Shown one piece after another: positions 11,008 to 23,106 of a stretch of DNA of 64,000 bases (positions within the stretch are counted from its first letter, which is position 1; every line of letters begins with the position of its first letter). Under the pieces are notes generated by a model that worked only from the letters and a program-made list of their open reading frames with translations, did not search any database and was not told the origin of the DNA. Position numbers and translations under genes: made by a program. Source of the stretch: an uncultured Planctomycetaceae bacterium (GTDB taxonomy: Bacteria; Planctomycetota; Planctomycetia; Planctomycetales; Planctomycetaceae); assembly GCA_963815195.1 (NCBI GenBank), contig CAWFGE010000020.1, positions 192,001-256,000 of the forward strand, in the 5' to 3' direction.

Positions 11008-11225
11008 GTGGATCGCTTTCTGTTATATGGAATCATCCCGGACGGGATGGGGTCATTGGAAATCCGACGGCAAATTGCGAACTCGGAACTGTAACGAACG
11101 CCGTCAGGGAAGCAAGAGAGAAATGAGAAAAAATGAACTCTGTTCATCTCGCCCGGCGGAGTTCGGGGAAGGGAAACCCCTCGAAACTCCGCGGGTGGAT
11201 GAATGACAGGCCGCGAGAAACGCGT

Positions 11226-12275
11226 TTAACCCTTCGTCGAGATTTCGACCGCAGGATCGTCCGAAATGTTGACCCACACGTGCACGTGGGGATTGCCGCG
11301 GAAGTGCCAGACGAACGCCGGGCCTTCGAGCCGCCAGGTGTCCCAGACCTTGTCGTCGCCGACGTCGTCGGATTCGTAGAAGGCGATGTGGCATTTGTCC
11401 AAGCCGCCCTGCGATTTGAGGCAGGCGAGCACTTCGTCCCGGTCGTTGGTGCGATAGGGTTCGATCAGCGTTTTTAGCACGCCTTGGACATGGGCCTGCT
11501 GATCTTTCGACAGCTCCGACACGGGGATGCCGTCGAATTGTTTGCCGCTTTTGCGGAATTGGACGGCGGCTTCGTCGGGCGCATTCAAGATCAGGGCCTC
11601 TTTGCGCTGTTTGCCGTCGAGCATCTCGTAGAGCTTGTTCGCGGCGAGCGCCTGATGCCAATACACGTTGCCCGGATGATCGGGCGCTTCGTTGAAGCCC
11701 CGGGCGGCGTGTCCGTAGAAGATCGGACCGCCGAAGGCCGTGTGCTCGACGCTATTGCCGTCGCAGCGAATCGTCAAGTGCCGGCCGGTCATCACGAACT
11801 CGAACTGATCGGTGCCCGGTTCGCCGAAGAGGGCGATCGCTTGTCGTTTGCCGTAGCCGCCGGCATCGTCGCGGAGCTGCTGTTTGAGGCGGTCGTGCCA
11901 TTCCGGATTGTAAAGCGCCCAGAAGAGGGCTTCGATAATGTCCTGCTGTTCGCCGGTGAAAAAACCGGACATCAGCGTGGGTTTGGTGATCGTCCAGTTG
12001 TTGCTGACGTGGAGGCGGAGGATGTGGCCGTCCTGCTTGTGGTCCCAGGGGAAATGGATTTGCTGTTTTTGCTCGGGGGTCAGCGTGTCGTAAAGTTTTT
12101 TGACGAGGGTTTCCGACTTGGGAGATTTTGGCTTGTCTTCTTTGGCTCGGACGATGGAAGGAAGAGACGCGGCCGACACCGCGGCCGCCGTGGCGCCGAC
12201 GGCCTGCACGAAATGCCGCCGAGTCAACGCCGGGGATTCGCAATCGGGACAACGAACGTCGCGTTCCATCTCCAT
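11226..12275 (-). CDS. DUF3500-like protein with Tat signal
   Basis: TRRHFV twin-Arg motif; GRHLT, P.FYG and WRLEGP..VW...GNPHVH. Confidence 0.75.
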   Translation of the reverse strand: MEMERDVRCPDCESPALTRRHFVQAVGATAAAVSAASLPSIVRAKEDKPKSPKSETLVKKLYDTLTPEQKQQIHFPWDHKQDGHILRLHVSNNWTITKPTLMSGFFTGEQQDIIEALFWALYNPEWHDRLKQQLRDDAGGYGKRQAIALFGEPGTDQFEFVMTGRHLTIRCDGNSVEHTAFGGPIFYGHAARGFNEAPDHPGNVYWHQALAANKLYEMLDGKQRKEALILNAPDEAAVQFRKSGKQFDGIPVSELSKDQQAHVQGVLKTLIEPYRTNDRDEVLACLKSQGGLDKCHIAFYESDDVGDDKVWDTWRLEGPAFVWHFRGNPHVHVWVNISDDPAVEISTKG

Positions 12276-12429
12276 CTCCTTTGTGCCAAAACAAACGGAG
12301 AGAAAACGGAGCCAATACCAACTGGCTCCCCTCCCCCCAGGAACAACGGCTACAGTATGCGCACAGTCAATTCAAAAACGCAACGCATGATTTCGAAGAT
12401 TCCAAGATCTCGCCATTTGCCGGGCAAGC

Positions 12430-13897
12430 TTAACCGGATTTCCTCGATCGGGATTTGAGGAAATCCTCCAATAAACGCAACGTCAAATAGACGAACGCAC
12501 AAAAACCCGTCACGCCCAACGAGCGGGGAATGGCCACGTCGGACTGGGCGAACTTCGGTCCGAAAAGCTCTTCCCATCCCCATTGCAAATGCACCAGCCA
12601 TAACCCGCTGCCCGCGGCCATGCAGGCGACGACTGCCCGCGGCGAATATGACTTCGCGTAAAGGCCGATCATCAAGGGCACGAACAATCCCACGAGCACC
12701 AGTTCGTATGCGGATTCGAGCAAGGAATAGGCGCTTTGTCCTTGGTAGGCGGTGATTAAACTCGCCACCGCCACGAACAGCACGCAGCCGCGGTTGAGCG
12801 CGAGCGAACCCGCCTCGGTACGGGCCAGCGGTTTCAGAAGATTTTGAGCCATCACGCTCGCGGGCGAGAGGATCGCGCTGTCGATCGTCGAAAGCACGGC
12901 CGACAACAGCGCGACCAGAAACACGATCGCCAAGGCCGGGCTGAGAAACGACTGTGCCAAAGCCGGCAGGATCGCCTCTTCAACATCCGCCGGGAATTTG
13001 ACGTGGGCCAAAAGTCCCAAGGCGACGGGAATCATGCCGAAAATCAAATACACCACGCCGGCGATGTAGCAGGCGTAACGGGCGACGTTGGCGGATTTGG
13101 CCGCGAAGATCCGCTGCATCAAATCCTGCCCCGGCAGATTGCCCAAGGCTCCGACGGCGAACACGCCCAACCAGCCCACGAACGATCTCAGATCGTCCAG
13201 CGGGATCGGCTGCAAATGCCCCGGCGAGGCTTCCTCAAACACCCGCGCGACTCCGCTCACCGCGCTTCCATCGCCCCATTCGGAGAAAGCGCTCACGCCC
13301 AAAACGATTAAACCCACGAGCACGAGCGAAATCTGAATTCCATCCGTGAGCGCCACCGACCACATCCCGCCCAAGAACGTATACATCGTCCCCACCACCG
13401 CGACGATCAACAGGCCCCACTGCGGATCGAGGCCAAAGCACAATTCGAGCATCCCCGCCAAGGCGACGAATTGGGCGGCGATCCAGCCGAAGTAGCTGGG
13501 CACCAAAATGATCGCCGAGAGAATCTCCGCCGTCCGGCCGAATTTCAGGCGAAAGAAATCGCAGATCGTCAAGAGCCCCAACGACCACAGCGGCCGGGCG
13601 ACAAAGGCCCCGGCCAGAATCAAACACACCCCCGCGCCCCACGGATCGAGCGCCGCCATCTGCAGGCCCTTTCGTGCGCACGGCATCGGTCGCCGCGAGC
13701 ATCGTGCCCGCCCCGAACCACGTCGCCAGAAGCGTCATCCAGGACAACGACAAAGGCAGCCGCCGGCCCGCGACCAGAAAGTCCTCCGTCGAATGCACTT
13801 TCCGCTGGGCGGCCCAACCGACGGCGTACATCACCACGACATAAAGCACGCACGTCAGGCCCAGCCAGAACTGCATCTCAGGCGAAAATCTCGGCAT
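12430..13897 (-). CDS. Sodium:solute symporter (frameshift near 13680)
   Basis: [17 protein letters not shown] in one frame; [13 protein letters not shown] and QRIFAAKS in the next. Confidence 0.88.
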
Positions 13898-13908
13898 GGT
13901 CCTGGGAC

Positions 13909-14238
13909 CTACAGATAATCTTCGCGGACGGGATGGAAGATGTCGAAGGCTTTGACGAGGCCCTCGAGCGCGACGACGCGGTGCGCCACGCCGCCGGGGA
14001 TGCGATACATATCGCCGGGCCCCAGCACGCGGTCCTCATCGCCCACGAAAAAATGGGCCCGGCCTTCGATCAAGATCCCCACCTGCTCGTGCGGGTGCGA
14101 ATGCTTTTCCACAACGGCCCCGGGCTGAAATTCGACGAGGCTCATCATCATCTCTTGGCAGGCCGCCGTTTCAATCTGCACGCCGGGAAAAATGGCATGC
14201 CGGCTGCAATCGGACGGCTCCACGAAATATTCGGACAT
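13909..14238 (-). CDS. Cupin domain protein
   Basis: HSHPHEQ...GDMYRIPGGVAH motifs; SD AAGGA upstream. Confidence 0.88.
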   Translation of the reverse strand: MSEYFVEPSDCSRHAIFPGVQIETAACQEMMMSLVEFQPGAVVEKHSHPHEQVGILIEGRAHFFVGDEDRVLGPGDMYRIPGGVAHRVVALEGLVKAFDIFHPVREDYL

Positions 14239-14249
14239 ATTCGATTCCT

Positions 14250-15617
14250 TTACCTTTTTTCCCGGCGGCGGAAAATCTCTCCGCCGAAATAGCCGGCCTC
14301 GCCCGCGAGGGCTTCTTCCAAACGCAGCAAATGATTGTACTTCGCCAGCCGTTCGCTGCGAGCCACCGAGCCGACTTTGATCTGCCCCGCTCCGGTGGCC
14401 ACGACGAGGTCGGCAATCGTCGCGTCTTCCGTTTCGCCACTGCGGGCGGAGACGACAGGCCAGAACCCGGCATCGAAGGCGAGCCGCATTGTCTCCAGCG
14501 TTTCCCAAAGCGTGCCGATTTGATTGGGTTTGATCAATACGCTGTTCCCGGCCCCTTCCGCAATCCCGCGGCGGAGCCTTGCCGAATTGGTGGCGAACAA
14601 ATCGTCCCCGATCAACTGCACCCGGTCGCCCAGCCGCTCGGTGAGCAGCTTCCAACCGTTCCAATCGTCCTCTGCGAGGCCGTCTTCGATGCTGACGAGG
14701 GTCTTCCCATACGTCTTCACCAGATATTCCAAGTACGCGACCATCTCTTCGGAATCCAACCGCCGCTGGCTCGCCGCGAGATGGTAGTTGCCATCCCGAT
14801 AGAAATGCGTGCTGGCGACATCCAACCCCAAGGCGACATCGCTTCCGCCAACGAGTCCGCATTCCTGGATCGCCTGCAGCACGAAATCGATCGCCGATTC
14901 GTTATCCGGGAGCCGCGGGCCGTAGCCGCCTTCATCGCCGACGAGCCGGCCTTCGTAGCCTTCTGACTGCAGCCGCTCGCCGAGCTTCCAATAGATGCTG
15001 ATGATCCAGTCCATCGCCTCGCGGAAGCTCTTGGCACCGCGTGGAATAATCAGATAATCTTGAATGTCCAACTGCCCGCCCGCGTGCAGGCCGCCGGAGA
15101 TCATATTGACCATCGGCAACGGCAAAACGGGCCGGGTCGCTTCCCTCAGCAAGCGAACGCCCGGCGGTGCGGGCCGGGGTTCGATGACGAAAGGCACCCG
15201 CTGCCAGATGTCGCGAAAGTAGCGCACGGGCAATTCATTCTTGGCTTCCGCGGCCGCATACGCCGCCGCCAGCGAGACGCCCAGGATCGCATTCGCTCCC
15301 AGGCGGGATTTGTTCTCGGTGCCGTCGATTTCGCACAGTCGGCGGTCGAGTTCCTGCTGATCTTCCGCATCGAATCCTGAAAGATGTTCCGCAATTTCCC
15401 CGCGGACGTGCGCGACGGCTTTCTGCACGCCCAGGCCCTCGAGGCGGGCCGGGTCGCCGTCGCGAAGCTCCCAGGCCTCGAACCGCCCGGTGCTGGCTCC
15501 GCTGGGCACGATCGCCCGCCCGCACCGCGCACCGCGGCACTCGACTTCCACTTCCAACGTTGGCCGCCCGCGGCTGTCGAACACCTCGCGGGCATGAATC
15601 CGCTCAATTCTCGGCAC
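14250..15617 (-). CDS. eno: Enolase-family protein (variant active site)
   Basis: DSRGRPT, VPSGASTG, GDEGG, IGDDLF, LIKPNQIG and RSERLAKYN motifs. Confidence 0.85.
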   Translation of the reverse strand: MPRIERIHAREVFDSRGRPTLEVEVECRGARCGRAIVPSGASTGRFEAWELRDGDPARLEGLGVQKAVAHVRGEIAEHLSGFDAEDQQELDRRLCEIDGTENKSRLGANAILGVSLAAAYAAAEAKNELPVRYFRDIWQRVPFVIEPRPAPPGVRLLREATRPVLPLPMVNMISGGLHAGGQLDIQDYLIIPRGAKSFREAMDWIISIYWKLGERLQSEGYEGRLVGDEGGYGPRLPDNESAIDFVLQAIQECGLVGGSDVALGLDVASTHFYRDGNYHLAASQRRLDSEEMVAYLEYLVKTYGKTLVSIEDGLAEDDWNGWKLLTERLGDRVQLIGDDLFATNSARLRRGIAEGAGNSVLIKPNQIGTLWETLETMRLAFDAGFWPVVSARSGETEDATIADLVVATGAGQIKVGSVARSERLAKYNHLLRLEEALAGEAGYFGGEIFRRREKR

Positions 15618-15839
15618 GGAAATTTGTCCTCGCGCATCGAATAATCAAACCTGAAAACCGGCCCGACATTATGGCCGCTCGGATCGCGGCGAATCAAGCC
15701 CATGCCGCGCCGCGGGATGTCATCGTAAATCTTGAATCGATCGGATATTCTCGTAAGTCAAGCGGGGCGATTCCAGCATGAGTCATCACCGTTAGGAAAG
15801 CATCGCGTCCGGTCCTCGTTCGTTAGCGAAAGCACTTCG

Positions 15840-16826
15840 ATGAAACGCGTGTTGATTGTGGGCGGCGGGTCGATTGGCGAACGGCATCTCAGGTGCTTTC
15901 AGCGGACCGGCCGCGCGGAGGTTTCGCTCTGCGAAATCCGCGAAGAGCTGCGCGGACAACTTGCCGAACGCTATCATCTTCATCAGACCTTTGCGAATCT
16001 CGAAGACGCCTGGGGGCACTCGCTCGATGCGGGCGTGATTTGCACGCCGGCCCATCTGCACGTTTCGATGGCGATGAAGTTCGCGAACCGCGGCATCAAT
16101 GTCTTAATCGAGAAACCGCTCAGCACGACGGAAGATGGCGTTGCGGATCTTATCAAGTCGGCCGCGTCGCAAAACATCGCGGCGGCGGTGGCGTATGTGT
16201 CTCGGCAGCATCCCGGTTTGATCGCCATGAAAGCTGCGATGGACCAATCGCGGTTCGGCCGGCCCGTGCAGGTCGTCATGACCGCGGGGCAGCATTTTCC
16301 GTTCTATCGGCCCGCTTACCGCGAGACGTATTACACCCGGTGGGAAACCGGCGGCGGGGCGATTCAAGATGCCCTCACGCATATGCTCAACGCCGCGGAA
16401 TGGCTCGTGGGGCCGGTGACGAAATTGATCGCCGATGCCGAGCATTGCCTGCTCGCAGGCGTCGACGTGGAAGACACCGTGCACGTGCTCGCCCGGCACG
16501 ACCGCGTGTTGGGTTCGTTCAGTTTGAACCAGCACCAGCCTGCCAATGAAACCACATTGACCGTGATTTGCGAACGGGGCATGCTGCGGCTGGAAAGCCA
16601 TAAAAGCCGCTGGCTCAGTTGCACAGTGCCGAACGAGCCTTGGACGGTCGAAGAAGAGTTTTCCCTCGAACGCGACGATCTCTTTATCGCCCAGGCGAAT
16701 GCGTTTTTGGATCAAATCGAATGCCGCCGCGGACCGGCGTGCTCTTTGGCGGACGGCCTGCAAACGCTGCGGGTGAACCTGGCCGCGCTCGAGTCCTTAA
16801 AAATCGGAACATGGGTGGAATTATGA
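15840..16826 (+). CDS. Gfo/Idh/MocA family oxidoreductase
   Basis: [13 protein letters not shown] and GGGA..D..H motifs. Confidence 0.9.
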   Translation: MKRVLIVGGGSIGERHLRCFQRTGRAEVSLCEIREELRGQLAERYHLHQTFANLEDAWGHSLDAGVICTPAHLHVSMAMKFANRGINVLIEKPLSTTEDGVADLIKSAASQNIAAAVAYVSRQHPGLIAMKAAMDQSRFGRPVQVVMTAGQHFPFYRPAYRETYYTRWETGGGAIQDALTHMLNAAEWLVGPVTKLIADAEHCLLAGVDVEDTVHVLARHDRVLGSFSLNQHQPANETTLTVICERGMLRLESHKSRWLSCTVPNEPWTVEEEFSLERDDLFIAQANAFLDQIECRRGPACSLADGLQTLRVNLAALESLKIGTWVEL

Positions 16827-17615
16827 GCGAACCGACCGTTGCCGAGTTGTTTGACCTCACCGGCCGGGTGGCGTTGATCACGGGCGGTTCCGGTCATTTG
16901 GGGCGATCGATGGCGCGGGCGCTGGCGGAAGCCGGGGCGAGCGTGGTCGTCGCCAGCCGCGCAGGAACGGGCGGAGCAGGTCGTCGCCGATTTGCCTTCG
17001 CCGGGCGGGGCCGAGCATCATGCCGTGGTGATCGACCAATTGGACGAGCATTCGATCCAAACCGGCTTCGACGCCGCTGTCTCGGCCGCGGGAAAGGTGG
17101 ATTTGCTCATCAACAACGGCCAACAAGGGCATGGGCTCGATCTGACGAACGTCACCGCCGAGGCCTTCAATCGCGATTTGCAAAACGCGACCGGGTACTT
17201 TTTGCTGTCCCGCTTGCTGCACGATCATCTGGCGGGCCGCACCGCGCCGGGCGCGATTGTGATGATCGGCTCGATGTACGGCGTCGTGGGGTCCTATCCC
17301 GACGCCTATGCCGGCGTCTGCACCGCCAGCCCCGTCCAGTACCACGCTTTGAAGGGCGGCATCATTCACATGACCCGGCATCTCGCCGTGTATTGGGCCA
17401 AGGACAACGTCCGCGTGAACTGCCTGAGCCCCGGGCCGTTTCCGTCCGAAAAAGCCCCCGGCGAAATGGTCGAGCGCCTCAAAACCAAAAGCCCCACGGG
17501 ACGCATGGGACGGCCGTTTGAACTCAAAGGGGCCTTGATTTTGCTGCTCAGCGACGCGGGGAGTTACATCACCGGCCAAAACCTGCTCGTCGACGGCGGA
17601 TGGACCGCGTGGTAG
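16823..17615 (+). CDS. SDR family oxidoreductase (frameshift near 16965)
   Basis: [22 protein letters not shown] and [12 protein letters not shown] across two frames. Confidence 0.9.
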
Positions 17616-17638
17616 CGGTTCATCGAGAAACAGCATCT

Positions 17639-17706
17639 GTAGGGCAGGCTCCTGCCTGCCGATTTGCTGTGGTTCTCTCCCAAGGGCAGGCAGGAGCCTG
17701 CCCTAC
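17639..17706. repeat. REP doublet (GTAG-type palindromes in inverted orientation)
   Basis: gtagggcaggctcctgcctgcc ... ggcaggcaggagcctgccctac. Confidence 0.85.
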
Positions 17707-17749
17707 TCTTCTGAATCTCGCGGCAGAGTTTTCCGTCGGCCCAGCGGAC

Positions 17750-18855
17750 CTATTGACTTGGATGCGCCGGAATGACCAGGACGCGGAGGCGGGAGGTTTT
17801 GCCATGCCCTTCCTCCCAGGCCAAAACGACGGGGCCTTTTCCCGCGGGCGCCGCGGCGATCACGGGATCGTTGGCGTGATGGGCGATGACTTCCGCCATT
17901 TGATGCTGGGGCCGCCTGAGCAGCAAATCGCCTCCGTCGCGCGGTGATCCACGTCAGCCAGACTCCGCGGTACGTCGGCCGCGACCCACGGTTGCTCGCC
18001 GGCACCGAGCTTGACTTCCGGATGCCCCGGCAAAGTCGCGAAAACTTCTTTTTGCCGCCGCCAGACCGTGGCGACTTCGCCGGGCTTCACCGCGGCGACG
18101 GCTCCGCCGTCCATCGGGCAATGGTCGAGCCGCCAATGCCCCCGGCCCAAGCGGGACGCTTCGGAGAACGTCCGGCCGCCGTCTTTGGAGGTGCTCAAAT
18201 AAAGATCGCGATTCCCGCCCAGCGAGTTCCGCCACATCACGTAGAGATTTCCTTGGGAATCGAACGTCACACTGGGATGGCAGCACGGGCAGATCGGCCC
18301 TTCAGGGGAACGGTAAACCCTGCGGTTTTCACTCCACGTCTTCCCGCCGTCCGTGGAGCCGGCCCCGTAGACTTCGATTTTCCCGTTCCGCAGATCGTTC
18401 CAGACGCAGTAAAACTTGCCGCCCGGTCCCGCCGCCAGCGCGTGCAGGCCTTCCCGTGCCGATGCGGGAACATCGTTGATCGTCACCGGCCCCTGCCAGC
18501 TTCGGCCGCCTTTAGACCTCCAAGAAAGGAGTTCTCCGTCTTTTCCAATGGCCGATATGACCACATCCTCTTTCCCGGCCGCGATTCGAGGCCCCCGGCG
18601 GTGCCCGAGCATCAACTGCGGAACCGCCGCCACCTGAACGGGTTCGCCAAACCCATGCCCGTGATCCTGTAGCGCAGCGCAATACACCGTTTGCCCGGCC
18701 CCAAACGCCACATAAACGTCCCCGTCCTCCGCGACCGCCGCTTGCGGTTGCCGGGCTTCGCCCGCGTCCTTCGGCACAGCCAACGACACCGGCTCCGCGG
18801 CCCAGGCAATCGAGCAGATGAGCAGACACGGCAGGAAAAGAGCAACTGGTTTCAT
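17750..18855 (-). CDS. Secreted sialidase-like/BNR-repeat protein (3' frameshifts)
   Basis: Asp-boxes STDGGKTW and SKDGGRTF; CPCCHP and CPMDGG. Confidence 0.75.
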
Positions 18856-18869
18856 TGTTTAATTCTCCC

Positions 18870-19120
18870 AGTATCAGTAGGGCAGCCTCCTGCCTGCCGA
18901 TTTGCTGTGATTCTCTCCCTGGGCTACCCCGGGATGGCTTCACGTTCCAGTATCTGAGGGCAGGCTCCTGCCTGCCGATTTGCTGTGATTCTCTCCCAAT
19001 GGCAGGCTGGAGCCTCCCCTACTCTTCTACTCTTCAATTGTCAGTATCTGTAGGGCAGGCTCCTGCCTGCCGATTTGCTGTGATTCTCTCCCAATGGCAG
19101 GCTGGAGCCTGCCCTACTCT
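18870..19120. repeat. Cluster of REP copies/doublets, same family as 17639
   Basis: Units at ~18877, ~18957 and 19050 share the spacer gatttgctgtgattctctccc. Confidence 0.85.
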
Positions 19121-19127
19121 TCAATTG

Positions 19128-22100
19128 TCAGTCCGCCGCCGTACGAAGCACCTCGATCGCATTTAATAGCGGCAGTTTTTCCGACGTCGGTTTTCCTTCT
19201 GCAGGGACCAGTTCGATCGTCAGGTCTTTTTCGACCGGGATGTTCTCGAACTCTTGGACCGTGGCCTGGTTCGTGATCGTCAACCCCTCGGCGACGGTTT
19301 TGTCTTGGAGTTTGATGGCGAACTTTCGGCCGGTGTTTTTGGGGTCGGCGAAGTACAGGCGGACTTTATAAATCGCGGGTTTGTCTTTTTCGCTTAAGAG
19401 CGGCAGCGTGCATTTTTTGAGGCCGTTGGCGTAGGAGGTAAACAGCCAAGGCGTTTCGGTGCCTTGCGACTTGGGCGGATTTTTCGCCGAGGTTTTGAAA
19501 GCCGCCGCCGGGGTAGAACTCGGGCCGGATGTCGATATCGACTTCGAGGCCCGTGGCTTTATAGGGTTTGGGCCTGGGGTAGGTGATCCACAACTGGTCG
19601 CGGGCGTCTTTGCGGTCGCCGGGGGCGGCGAGGTTTAACGCCATATGCTCGACCGGGGTGTTGGCTCCGATCGTGCTATAGATCGTCCAAGGCCGGCGGG
19701 CTTCGCGGGGTTCGAGCGTGATCGTGGAAGCGATCGAGAACTGGCACACGCAGCCGGCGCTGGCTTCGGGAATCATCACGAGGCCGTTCGCGGGGATCAT
19801 GTTGATCCAGCAACCCAAGCGATGCCCGGCGAAGTGGCGGGTGCCATCGTCGGCGTCGAGATTATAAAACCCGGTGAAGCCGGAGCGGAACATGAGCATG
19901 CTCGGGCAGCCGGTGAGCATGCCGCAGTGATGGCCGGTCCGCATGATGCTCCAGGGGACTTCCTTGCCGGTGAGCGGGTGCGGGCGGGTCTTGATCGTGC
20001 CGGTGTAAAGGTCGAAGCTCCAAGGCTCGGCGATGATCTGGTCTTCGATGATGATTGGCCGGTGCCGATAGTTCGCATCCTTGGCCCAGAGCTTGTGCCC
20101 GTCTTCCGCCGAGAGGCACACCAGCCGCCGGCGTGAGAAATCGCCGTTCAAGAACTGCTGCCAATAATGCCCGTTGGCGTTGGCTCCGCAGAGGACGAGG
20201 GTGTTGTTGTGATACAGCATGGTGAGTTGCCCGCCGCCGATGCCGATCTCGCTGCAATCGGTCACATCCACCGGCGTCTCCCACAGCTTCTGCCCGGTCC
20301 CGGCATCGAGGGCGACGACGAGGCGGGCGTCGATCCGCTTCATGCGGGCCTCGGCGAGCTTGGCTTCCTCGCCGGTGAGTTGGGCGAGCTCGGATTTGTC
20401 TTCTTCCAAAAGGGCCTGACGTTGTTCGGGGGTCAGCGTGCTGTCGATAAAGCACACCCTCTTCGGTCCCAACGCGATCGTGTGATGCACGATGCTCTTG
20501 CCCTGATAGTTCCACAAGTGTTTGCCGGTTTTGACGTCAATCGCAAACAGCACATCGGTCGCATCTTCAAACCGCCGACCCCGGCGGCGGAGGCGGACTT
20601 CCAATTCCTTGCGGACCGTCGCGGTGCCGAACAGTTTGCCGTCCTGATAGGCCACGTAACCCCATTCGCGGTTTTCCTGGTGGCCCGGCGGCAGTTTGTG
20701 CGAGGCGACGAGCTTTCCGGTCGCGGCGTCGATTTGCTCGACCACATCGCGAACCAGAACGAAGACAAAGTCGTCCGTGCCCACGAGGTTGCCGGGGTTC
20801 TGGTTCTGAAACACGCCGGTGCGGAAGGCTTTCGAGTTGTCACGTTCCCAGAGGAACTGGCCGTTGTAGGCGTCATACGCCATGATCGTGTTATCGCCTT
20901 GCACGATCAGCCGCCCGTTGACAGCGAGAGGGCCGACGGCTCCATCGTGGCGGTTGACCATTTTCCCCGGACCGGGATCGCCGTACCACAAGACGCCAAG
21001 GCCGCCTTTGATGCGGTGGTCTTCGGTGGTGGCGATGTTCCCCGCGTTCGCGTAAAGATGCGTCCATTCGCCCGCGCCGGGAAGTTTTTGACGGGTCAGA
21101 ATGACAAAAGGCCCCGCGGTGCTGATCGTGGAATGATCCATCACCTCGGTCTTGCCCAACCAATCCTTGAGTTGTTGGGCAGTGACTTTTGAGGCAGCGT
21201 TGGCGCCCGCCGCTTTGAGAACGATCTTCCCGCCGCAGGGTTTGAGATGCCGGGCGATCGCGGCGGGCGAACCGGGCGGAGTGCCGGTCATCATTTGTTT
21301 GCCGGCGACGATCAGATTGGCGAAGAAATTGGAATAGGGAATTGCCGAGTAGTCGGCTTGATGGATCGTGACCCGCGAACCATAAAGCCCGGCCGCCATC
21401 AACGCTTTGCGGGCGGCTTCGACTTTCTTGGCGTCGGGTTCGATGCCGTAGATCGTGAGGCTGCTGTTCTGAGCCAAGGCCCGAGCGAGCTCTCCGGTTT
21501 CCGCCCCGACGATCAGACAGAATCCCTGCCGAGTTTTCGCGGCCTCCAACACGCCTTTGGCGACCGCGTCGTAAGCGGCCGGCTGCGGATCGGCTTTGGA
21601 TTCGGCGGGTTTCGTTTGCGTCTTGTTCGCCACGGTCTTCGCGGCATCGGCGAACACCTGGATTTCGCCCTTCGTCGTGCTGACGATCAGGTAGCCATTC
21701 GCCACCGCGAGGCCGCTCGCCGTGCCATCGACTTTCGTGGTCCACACGCGATTGCCGGTGGCGACGTCGAAGGCATCCACGCGATCGGGGCCGCCGGCGA
21801 ACACGAGGTTTCCCGCGAGGATCAACTCCGAATCGCAGGTCGACGGCGACTTCCACGCCACGCCGGTTTCCGCGAGGGCCGCGAGGCTTTTGAGCATCTC
21901 GGCATATTGCTCGCGGATTTTGCCGAGTTCCTTGCTCGGCGTGCGGATCTTGCGGGCCAGATCCTGAACCTGGCCGTCGAGCTTCATCCGCTCCCGGCTG
22001 GCGGCGAGATAGGTTTTGCGGTCGAGCTTCATCACCTGCGTGCCGGTGGCGACGTAGCAGTCGTTGCCGGCGATCGCGATTTGATGGGCATCGATCCAGC

Positions 22101-23029
22101 CGAAGCCCGACTTGCCGGTGTTCTCGTCCAACGCGACATACACGTGCTCGCCGCCGGAATAGAGCTGCCCGTCCGCCAGCACCGCCCGCGTGCCGCCGAC
22201 CACGCCTTCCCGCCGCCAACTGATGGAGGGTTTATGCTTGAGTTCGCCGGTTTTGCGGTCGATCATCGCCGGCAGCGATCGGCCCGAAGGCACGAACAGG
22301 CCGTCTTTGCTGGTCAGCAGATAGCCCTGCGGGGACAGGTCGTCCCGCCCGGCGTCGGCTTCGCTGATGTTGTCCCGCTTCCACACGACTTTCCCGGTCT
22401 TGGCATCGACGGCGTAAACGTAAACGTCCTCGTGCGGGAAAATCCCCGCGCCGAAATAGGCGATGCCATCGGTAATCGTAATCCCCGTCCGCACCGGCCA
22501 GCGGGAGATCATGCTGCCCCGCGCGAGCAGCCATTCCTCGGCGGGACCGGCCCGCAGCTTCCAGGTCAACCGCCCGGTGAGGGCATCCACCGCGTAGGCG
22601 AAGCCGTCGTCCGAACCGAAATACACCTGCCCTTCCCAGACCGTGGGAGCCAGGCGAATCGGCCCGCCGGTGGCAAACGACCAGTGGGCTTTCCCCGTCT
22701 TCAAATCGTAGCAGTGCAGATGATGATCCACCGAAGACCCAAAATACAGCCGGTCCCCCACCACGGCGACTTGGAACGTGTCATCATAGTTCACACGGTG
22801 GCGAAGATGGTGCCCCTCGAACGTCCGCTCGTCCGGCCCGGCCCACGCGGTCTTGGGCGGCGCCGGGGCTTTATAAACCCAGGCCGATTTCAACGGCACC
22901 GCAATCTTCTCCGGCGTAAACCCCTGGCGGGTGCTGTCGTGCCGATACGTCGGCCAATCCTCCGCGCTCGATGCGATTTGTGAAAACAACGGAAACCGCG
23001 ACCAACAACATCAGGGGCACAAATCGCAT
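19128..23029 (-). CDS. Large PQQ-like beta-propeller protein with an internal SAM-methyltransferase-like domain (frameshifts near both ends)
   Basis: DWPTYRHD, many W-ended propeller repeats, central CLIVGAETG...LKPCGG. Confidence 0.85.
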
Positions 23030-23106
23030 GCGGGGGTTCCTCGATAAAAAATGGCGGGCAAGGGCCGTCGGGCCCATGATTTCGTCCGTTGACTCCAAGC
23101 AGGCTT

